Shown here: positions 1-8,300 of the stretch, one piece after another
Layout: each line of letters opens with the position of its first letter
How positions within the stretch are numbered: the first letter of the stretch is position 1
Virus record (IMG/VR): IMGVR_UViG_2687453424_000001
Reading direction: 5' to 3' (one strand)
Origin: a virus
Taxonomy: Duplodnaviria > Heunggongvirae > Uroviricota > Caudoviricetes
Length of the DNA stretch: 64,000 nt
Made by a program: the position numbers and the translations under genes
The notes under the pieces: model-generated
The model's input: the letters and a program-made list of their open reading frames with translations, nothing else
Database searches by the model: none
Told to the model about the DNA's origin: nothing

Positions 1-1
1 T

Positions 2-262
2 GCTCTCGGTTCTGGTCAGAAGGCGGATGCGTTACAGAGTTTTAACTCTCTGGCAGACAGCAGTCTGGCAAAAGCTAAATCGGATGCACAGGCGGCGTTT
101 ACGAAACAGCAGGGGCGAGCCTCTCTTGTTGGTGCTGGTCTGGGTGCGGCAGGTGCGTATGCGATGCATAAGGCTGGCGGTAGCGGAGGAAGTGGCGGTG
201 CTAAAACACCTGGCACCGGCGCTAATGCCATTCAGCATCAGGCTCAGAACTGGAGACTGTGA
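2..262 (+). CDS. 3'-terminal fragment of a gene that starts upstream of the window; Gly/Ala-rich hydrophobic C-terminal region; function unknown
   Basis: Frame 2 is open from the first base to TGA at 260-262 (ends ...SLVGAGLGAAGAYAMHKAGGSGGSGGAKTPGTGANAIQHQAQNWRL). Absent from the ORF track only because no start codon lies inside the window. Codon usage matches downstream genes; its stop sits between the GGAG RBS and the start of the next gene. Confidence 0.45.
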   Translation, partial: ALGSGQKADALQSFNSLADSSLAKAKSDAQAAFTKQQGRASLVGAGLGAAGAYAMHKAGGSGGSGGAKTPGTGANAIQHQAQNWRL

Positions 263-264
263 TT

Positions 265-711
265 ATGGAGTACGGTAAATACGAAACACTTGCAAGATAC
301 GGTTATACCGGAGCAGCCCGCCCTCAGGGGGACTGGCAGACATCCGCAGCGCTGACCCGCCAGCAATACGACGACTGGCGCACCAGATATTTACCCCGTG
401 TAGCAAGGCTGGCTGACCTTGGGGAGAACAACAGTCTGATGAATGCACAGCTTGCACGGGTGGGAGGCCTTGCCACTTCCAGTCTCCGTACAGCGCAGAT
501 GGCGCAGGATAACCAGATGGCGAGATACGGGGTAAACCGCCCGGATAATCCCGACAGTAATACGCTGGGGTTACGTAATGCCCTGGCAATTGCTGGCGCG
601 AAAAATGGTATCCGTGAAGCCGAACAGGATCGCCAGATGAATATTCTGACGGGGGCTTCTGCACCGGCAAGACAGAAACTGAGTGTTGGCGGCCAACTGG
701 TGGCAGCGTAA
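265..711 (+). CDS. hypothetical protein, 148 aa (phage/mobile-element-like operon)
   Basis: ATG at 265 preceded by GGAG at 252-255 (9-nt spacer); stop TAA 709-711. The ORF track starts it at GTG 259, but the ATG with proper RBS spacing is preferred. Tightly packed with neighbours on the same strand. Confidence 0.6.
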   Translation: MEYGKYETLARYGYTGAARPQGDWQTSAALTRQQYDDWRTRYLPRVARLADLGENNSLMNAQLARVGGLATSSLRTAQMAQDNQMARYGVNRPDNPDSNTLGLRNALAIAGAKNGIREAEQDRQMNILTGASAPARQKLSVGGQLVAA

Positions 712-720
712 GGGGGCAAT

Positions 721-972
721 ATGGGATACGGTTTACTGGATATTGCAAATCAGTCGCGGCGTGAGGCATTACAGGGAATAAGTGACGCAGACAGACGACG
801 TGAAGAAATTGAGGCTGCGAACAAACAGATGGCGGCGCAACAGAAAGCGCAGAACAAGCAGAATATCGGTACGGGCATTGGTACGGGGGCGGCTATTGGC
901 GCATCCGTTGGTGGTCCTGTTGGTGCTGTTGCTGGAGCAGTAATTGGCGGCATTGCTGGTTCTTTGTTTTAA
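721..972 (+). CDS. small protein (83 aa) with charged N-terminal half and C-terminal glycine-zipper hydrophobic segment; putative membrane protein
   Basis: ATG 721 preceded by AGGGGG; C-terminus GTGIGTGAAIGASVGGPVGAVAGAVIGGIAGSLF is a run of GxxxG/AxxxG repeats typical of glycine-zipper transmembrane helices; stop TAA 970-972 overlaps the RBS of the next gene. Confidence 0.6.
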   Translation: MGYGLLDIANQSRREALQGISDADRRREEIEAANKQMAAQQKAQNKQNIGTGIGTGAAIGASVGGPVGAVAGAVIGGIAGSLF

Positions 973-982
973 GGAGTGGTGA

Positions 983-2248
983 ATGAGCGGATTTGCACAG
1001 GGGTTACTTGCCGGATTCAGCACCGTTGACCAGGCAATGACCCGTCGTAAGGAGCTTGGTCTGCGTGAAGCACAGCTTGCCCGGCAACAGAAAAATAACG
1101 AGCGCGATTTTGAGTTTGCGCAGTCTCAGTTTGAACATAATAAAAACGTTGATCAGCGGAACTTTGATTACAGAGCCAAAGTTGACGACCGTAATTATGC
1201 ACTGAAGGAAAGGGAGTTTAACGCTAACCAGAATTACCGGAATGCGTCACTGGGTATGGAGCAGCAGCGACTCCAGTTGCAGAAATACAACCAGCGACGG
1301 CTTGAGTATAACGATATGATTGCCCATAGCCAGCCACTAATGGAAGCGCTTGGAAAAGCAATTGAGGCTGGCGATCAGGAGGCTGCAACGCGTCTGTTCG
1401 GGCAGCTGCCAAAGGGACATCCATTAATTCTTATGTCAAACGAAGGCTATGCAGCGAAAGCGGGTCAGGCCGTGATCAACCTGCAAAAAATCTTTGGTGA
1501 TAAGCCGGACATGGCGATCGATTCGCTGAATACCCCGGAAAATCTCGATGTGCTTTCCGGCGTGTTTGCCCCGGAACTACAACAGCGTATTGGCATGCCT
1601 GATTCAACCGGGGACAAAACGATAAAAGAGGCCAGGATTGGCAGTATCGTACCAGCGCAGCAGGAAGGGTACGTACTTATTGGCCTTGATCTCACATACA
1701 GCGATGGCTCCACCGCGCATAAACCTGTAACAGAATACGGCAGTGCGCACCCTGATGATCAAACCGTGCTGGCGATACCCGTTGATAAGGCTATCGCTCA
1801 GGTCAGGGATCGCAGCAAATTTGCAGAGATATCGAAAAATTATGGTTATTTTATGCCGAAGCAGCAGGGACTTTCTCTGAAAGAGCTTCAGAAGGGGGCC
1901 AGCAACGTAGCGGCAGACGCGATCAAGAATGGCGGTAATGCTCAGGCTGCGGTGGATGAATATTATGCTGCGACTGGTTCACAACCGCATCAACAGAAAA
2001 TTCAGCAACAAAAACTTCAGCAACAGGTTATCAACTGGGCGGGAGATGATCCTGATAAGCTGTCATTTGCCAGAAATGTAGCGGCCCGTCAGCCTGAAAT
2101 GCTGGAGCCTCAGAATCAGAAATTGCTGGAGAACGGGTATGCGAATTTTCTCCGTATTCAAAAGGCCAGGGGGGAACAGGCCAGAGATGAAAGTGCTTCA
2201 TCTGCATCTCAGTTTATCCGTGGACTGAAACAGAATTACGCCCAGTAA
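983..2248 (+). CDS. hypothetical Q/N/R/E-rich protein (421 aa), predicted largely alpha-helical/coiled-coil
   Basis: ATG 983 with AAGGAG 6 nt upstream; composition rich in Q, N, R, E, K with QQKIQQQKLQQQ-type stretches; stop TAA 2246-2248, followed by an intrinsic terminator. Confidence 0.65.
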   Translation: MSGFAQGLLAGFSTVDQAMTRRKELGLREAQLARQQKNNERDFEFAQSQFEHNKNVDQRNFDYRAKVDDRNYALKEREFNANQNYRNASLGMEQQRLQLQKYNQRRLEYNDMIAHSQPLMEALGKAIEAGDQEAATRLFGQLPKGHPLILMSNEGYAAKAGQAVINLQKIFGDKPDMAIDSLNTPENLDVLSGVFAPELQQRIGMPDSTGDKTIKEARIGSIVPAQQEGYVLIGLDLTYSDGSTAHKPVTEYGSAHPDDQTVLAIPVDKAIAQVRDRSKFAEISKNYGYFMPKQQGLSLKELQKGASNVAADAIKNGGNAQAAVDEYYAATGSQPHQQKIQQQKLQQQVINWAGDDPDKLSFARNVAARQPEMLEPQNQKLLENGYANFLRIQKARGEQARDESASSASQFIRGLKQNYAQ

Positions 2249-2280
2249 TTCACGATATTCCATTAACACCATTTCCTGAT

Positions 2281-2306
2281 GCCCGGCCATTGTGCCGGGT
2301 TTTTTT
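2281..2306 (+). terminator. Rho-independent (intrinsic) terminator between the 421-aa gene and the giant gene
   Basis: Stem CCCGGC (2282-2287) / GCCGGG (2294-2299) with 6-nt loop CATTGT, immediately followed by a run of seven T (2300-2306). Confidence 0.6.
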
Positions 2307-2317
2307 ATGGAGTCTGT

Positions 2318-5300
2318 ATGGCCTATTCAGAGGAACAGCGTCCTGAGGCGCAACTCGGTAACCAGAATCGTAACAGCCTGAACATTCAGCAACCCGGCGA
2401 AACTGACAGCTATGAAGCATTTTTCTCTGATCCGAATCGCTGGAAGGATAACAGTACGTCGTTCAGCCTGGGCGATGTATTGCCAACAATGGGTAAAGGT
2501 TTCGCCCAGTCCGTCCGGGGAACAGGGGAAATGGCCCGTGGACTCGGTGATGCGATGATTCAGAGCCCGGTAAAAACAGGGGTGCGTATTTTAAATGAGT
2601 TCAGCCGTATGGGGCTGCCGGGTGTCGCAACTGTGCAGGATATTTTTGCCGGTGGCAGCAGGGGGGCTGATGAGGTCATCGATACCCTGCCTGATGGCAA
2701 AAACGCGGTTACTGATACTGTCGGTAAAGGTCTGAAGGCAACCGGTAAGGCTGTCAGTGATGGTGCTGAAGCCACTGATGAATGGCTGACCGGTAAGATG
2801 TCGCCGGGTGCTGTTCGTGCGCTGAACACGCCAATGAGTGAAGGCTATGATGATCCCGCAGTCTGGCTGACGAAGGGGATGAATTTTGTCGGTGCCGTTG
2901 CGACAGATGTGTTTGCTGGCGGTGTGGCTAAAAAGGTGGGTGATGTCACACTGCGAAAAATGCTGACCGCCGGGCTGGAGAAAAAATACATCGCGGCAGG
3001 GATGCAGCCGGAAAGAGCCTCGGCACTGGCAGCAGAAGCTGTCGATAAAAAAATGCCGGATTTATTCCAGGCGGGCCTGATCACCCATTCAACAGCCAGT
3101 GCACAGGGGCAGAGTGCAATGGCGGCAGCAGATGCTGTTCTTAATGCGGATTACTCTGAGCTGGCGCAGTCACCGAAATTTCAGCAAATGTTTTTGTCCA
3201 TTGACGCCGACCCGCAGCACGCACAGCTTACTGATCGCCAGAAAATGGACCTGGCAAAAGAGCGTGTGGCTGATGAGGTGCGTGCGCAACTGGCAACCGA
3301 TCCTCAGTTGCTGGCTGTGAATGCCATGGCGGCAAAACTGGGCGATGCTCAGTTGCTTAATCTGGCGATGCGGGGCACAGCGAAGACCGTTAAAAGCGGC
3401 ATTGTCAGAAATGCCACTGCACAGGGGGCGATTAATGCGGCGCAGGGCGGCTATTCACGCTATCAGGAAAACACGGCATTGCGTGAGACCGCCGGAATGG
3501 ATGTATCGCCATGGGAGGGCGTGGCTGACGCAACGATCGAAGGTGCTGCCCTTGGTGCTGCGATGGGGGCTCCATTCGGTGCAGTTGCCGGATATCGTGG
3601 CAGACGTCAGGCCGCAGAAGAAACCGCCATGCGTGATGCTGAAACCGTGCAGCAGGACGACGCAGCCCCGCAACCAGAATCTGTTGATCCGGTGGCGCAG
3701 CATCGTGAATCCATGCAGGGGATGAATCGCGAGCAGCTTCTGGAGCAGTATGCTGATGCGGATATGGCGACAGAGGGTGACGCATCCGCAACTCATCGCC
3801 GGGAAGCCGCCAGCCAGCTGTTGAATGAACTGGACGAACAGGCGAAGCGACAGGCTGTGATGAATGAGCTGAAGGCGAAGCCGCGCCCTGAACTGCTTGA
3901 GGAATACCGAAAACTCAGCCTGAAGGAAGGGCGTACTGATACTGAAGAGCAGCAGTTTCAGGCAATACGTGAAGTCATTCGCCCACAACAGGAAGTGACG
4001 CCTGAAGCACAGTCACAGCCTGAAAATGCGGAGGATGGTAACGGGAGCATTTACCCGACGGTGCGGTTCCGGGACCCGAATGAAGTCCGCATTGAAATTA
4101 ACGGGAATGGTGCGTCCAGACCAGCGGAACGCATTGAAAAGGTGCGCCCGGACAACCGTTATTTCACGGATGAGAAAAGCGCCATGGGGAGTGATGTTTT
4201 CCGTAATGCCGCCGCCACCGGCCTGAAACCGTCCGTAGTGAAGAAAGGCGAGAATCAGTATGCCGTTGAAATGGATAATCCTGCGTTCTCTGAAGATGTG
4301 GCAACGGAAACCATTAACACCCTGGCTGACAGAGAGCGTATTGCTGATGCTGACCCGATGGAGCAGCCCGCGTTCATGCGTGACCCGCGATTCCGTGGTT
4401 TCACGGGGGATGATACGGAGGTACAGGCCCGCCTTGCCCGTGGCAACGCGCCGACGGCGGAGGAGCTTGTACGTTCACAGATGGCTGAAGGTGATGCCGG
4501 TCCGACAGCACAGGAGTTAACTGAGCGTCCGCGTCTGCCCGCCCCCGGCGATATTCATCCCGGACAGGGATATCCGTTACCGGGAGAGGTGGCGCGTACG
4601 CCGGATGAGAATCAGGCCGGACGTGGTGGTCGTTTTACCACAACCGGTGAGGTTAAGGGCCAGAGTTTCCAGAAAGGACGTGCTCCGGCACCGGAAAACG
4701 CCGCTGGTCGCCAGGGGGAAATACTGGAGGGCGAAACAGTTCGTCGTGGTCTGCCGTCACCGGATGCGCAGAACGCGACAGCACCGGTACGTGAAGGGCT
4801 ACCGGCTCCTGACATTGCGCGTAATGTTCGTATGCCTCAGCCTGAATCACTTCCCCGCACTGTACGGGACTCACTGCCTGAGCTTGCACAGCAGGCAGAA
4901 GTACGCCGACAGGCCGGAGGAAATCGTGACATCCCGCAGCCTGAGACAATCGCACCTGAATCTGAAACAACTGTCTCTACTGACAGGGAAGCTACCGTGC
5001 GCGGAGGTGAAGTCAGGGGCAAAAAAATTGAAGACTTTGGCGAGGAAATTAAAGGGGCAGCCAAACACCGTTATGCACAGCTTGCTGAAACACTGGGTAA
5101 AACGCTGGAAGACAGGGATTATGCCACGCAGCCGCTGAGCAAACTGTTCCCGAAACCGGACTACGCAAAACTGGCGAACGAAGGTGCCGATGCTGATACC
5201 CTGGCAATGATAGCGCTGTATCGTAGCGATATTCCGGCGAAGACGAAACACAATACGGCAGGCTGGGGGGAGAGCATAAAAAAAGTACGACACAGTGTAT

Positions 5301-8300
5301 CGGAAATGCTGAACGGAACGGTCAGCGCGAAACGCCTCGCAGAATGGATGGAAGGCAGAATGCCCTCCCGTTACGCGGACACCTGGCAACTGTTACGCAC
5401 TCTGCCACCCTCACAGATGGACAGAGCTTCTGCTTATCGGGTGGTATCGGGTGTGTATCAGGCGGCAGGAGGGAAGCGTTACGATCCGCCACAGAAACTT
5501 TATTCACTGCGCAATAAGGACAATAAGGGGAGTAACCTCTTTTTCTCGGAAAGCAGGGATGAATTACTGGCAAAGGCGAAAGTCTGGTTTGCAGAGCAGG
5601 AGGAAAAATCACAGGCGAAAGGTGATGAAAAAACAGCACCGTCACCGGATGACAAAATCCGCTTTGACGTTTACCGGAATACCCGCAGTGGCGATATTTT
5701 TATCGCTTACGGTAAAAACAAAATGCGGGTGAGAGGTGGCTTTAAGTCAGCCAGTGATGCGCGTAAGTACATTGATTCACATCGTGATGAGCTTGTTCGT
5801 CATGTGAAGGAGATGCGGGAGATTTCGCGTGAGGAGCAGCGCAACGCCACCAACCGCGACCGTACCGGACCAGAACGCCGCAAGGGGAATGTTTCACCGG
5901 AGCAGTTCAGTGATGCGTTTGGTTTCCGTGGTGTGCAGTTTGGTAACTACGTGGAAGGTCCGCGTCGTCAGGCTGATTTGAACCGGGCTTATGACTCGCT
6001 GCATGACCTTGCGGAAGTACTGAATGTACCGACAAAAGCGCTTTCCCTGAACGGTCGTCTTGGCCTGGCATTTGGTGCCCGTGGTAAGGGTAAGGCGGCG
6101 GCACACTATGAGTCAGGTGAGGTGGCAATCAACCTGACAAAAGGTAACGGACCGGGTGCGCTGGCGCACGAATGGTTCCATTCTCTGGATAATTATTTTG
6201 GTCGTTATGACGTTTCCAATGACGGGAAAATTACGTCAGGTGGCGACTTTATGACGGAAGCACAGCGTGTCAGGCGCATATTTAAAGACGGCAGGTATGT
6301 TGATGCTGAATATCCGGTACGTCAGGAGGTTTACGACGCTTTTAAAGGTGTGATTCAGGCCATTAAAAACAGTGACATGCCGCGTCGTTCAGCGCTTCTC
6401 GATGAGGTGCGCTCAAAACCGTACTGGTCAACGGATGTTGAAATGGCGGCACGTGCCTTTGAGCGTTATGTTCAGGATAAGGCGCGTATGGCTGGCGTGG
6501 AGAATGATTATCTGGTCAATATCCGTAAGGCACCTGAGCACAACACAGATAACACCTACGCTTATCCGACGAATGCGGAACTGGATGGCGGTATTCGTGA
6601 GGCATTCGATCACCTGTTCCGCACCCTGAAAACCCGTGAGACGGACAAGGGCGTTGCGTTTTATTCCCGTAAGGGCGTTACCCGCACACCTGAAGGTAAT
6701 CTCATTTCGGATGTTAACCGTAGTGCGGAAGCCAAAGGCAGCCCGGTCCCGCAGGTTGAAGCGGTTGCCCGTGGCGTGATGAGCGGCATTAAGGACAGTG
6801 ACCTGAAGGTCCGTGTGGTGAAGTCACAGAAAGAGGCTGAAGCGCTGGCGGGTGAATTGTTCGATGGTTACGGCAGGGTGCACGCATTCTATCGTCCGGA
6901 TAAACGAGAAATTGTCCTGGTGGCGGATAACATCCCTGACGGGCGGACCGTTCGCGAGAAGCTGCGTCACGAGATCATTCACCATGCCATGGAGCATGTT
7001 GTCACACCAGCGGAATATCAGACGATTATCAAAACCGTGCTGAAAACCCGCGACAGTGATAACGTCACCATCCGTGAAGCCTGGCGTAAGGTTGATGCTT
7101 CCTATGGTAAGGAATCACCGGAAGTACAGGCGGGTGAATTTCTGGCACATATGGCGGAGAAACAGCCGAATAAATTCGTGGCGGCATGGGAGCGTGTTGT
7201 TGCCCTGGTCAAAGGGGTACTGCGTCGTACGGGGTTACTGAAGCCGACGGAACTGAACGATATCAGACTTGTTCGCGAAACTATTCGCACGTTAGGCCTG
7301 CGTGTGCGGGAAGGTTACACGCCGCGTGAGGATGGCGCGGGCGCATCGTCTCAGTACTCCCGTAGTGGTAAACCTGATCCGTTCAAAGTGCCGGAAGGTG
7401 AGGGCGAGCGTTATCGTGATGACCTTGCCAGAATGATGAAGTCGTTACGTTCTGGTGCAATGACTGCAAACATCGGGCGTACGCCGCCGGTATTGCGCCA
7501 CCTTGGCGCACCAGATTTGCCGCTGGTTATCTCCCGCGACACTGTGCGGAAGGCAACCAATGGAGTGAAACATGTGGTGCCAATGGATGTTATCGAGAGA
7601 CTTCCTGAGCTGATGCACGATCCGGATGCAATTTACCGTTCCGCGACAGAAAGAAATGCGGTTGTGATGCTGCTTGATGCCGTGGATAAAAATGGTGATC
7701 CGGTGGTGTCGGCAGTGCACATGAAGGCAACAGATAAACGAATAGAAATTAACAAGGTGGCTTCTGTATATGGAACAAAAGGGGGGATGAACAAAGCTAA
7801 TAGCCTGGATAAAGCAGGTTTGACGCTTTACCGGAAGGAAAAATTAAGCCGCGATAACCCTCAGTACAGTGGGCTTCAATTGCCCAAAGAGGAGCGTTCT
7901 TATCGCGGCTCTGTAGATAAAATACTCTATCCTGAAGATATTCGCAATGGGCCGTATTACTCCCGTACCAGCAGTCTGACACCGGAAGAGACAATTGCAT
8001 CGCGTTTTGTGCGTCAGATGCAGGATAAATTCCAGGTGCTGAAAGCTGTTCAGGAGAACATCCGTAAAACTGGCGGAAAAATAGACGACAGTAACAACGC
8101 TTATATGGCGGAAGAACTCTTCCACGGGAAGGCGGAAAACGACCTGAACGTGATGAAGGAGCGCTACGTTCAGCCACTGGCTAAATTACTGGCGGACTAC
8201 AAAATTGCGCAGGCCGATCTGGATGAGTACCTCTACGCCCGTCACGCGCCGGAACGTAACGCGCATATCGCGAAAATCAACCCGAAAATGCCGGACGGCG

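Noticed and set aside
259-264. GTG at 259 as start of the second gene
   Set aside because: ATG at 265 has a correctly spaced GGAG (252-255); the GTG would sit immediately next to the RBS and is in-frame only by coincidence.
16-278. ORFs 16..231 (-), 32..238 (-) and 27..278 (+) at the window start
   Set aside because: They overlap the open frame-2 reading frame that carries a coherent Gly-zipper C-terminus and correct operon context; their composition (Arg/Leu/Pro-rich) is typical of wrong-frame translation.
2279-2317. Upstream ATG (2279) given by the ORF track as the start of the giant gene
   Set aside because: It would put the intrinsic terminator hairpin and T-tract inside the coding sequence and has no RBS; ATG 2318 has GGAG at the right spacing.
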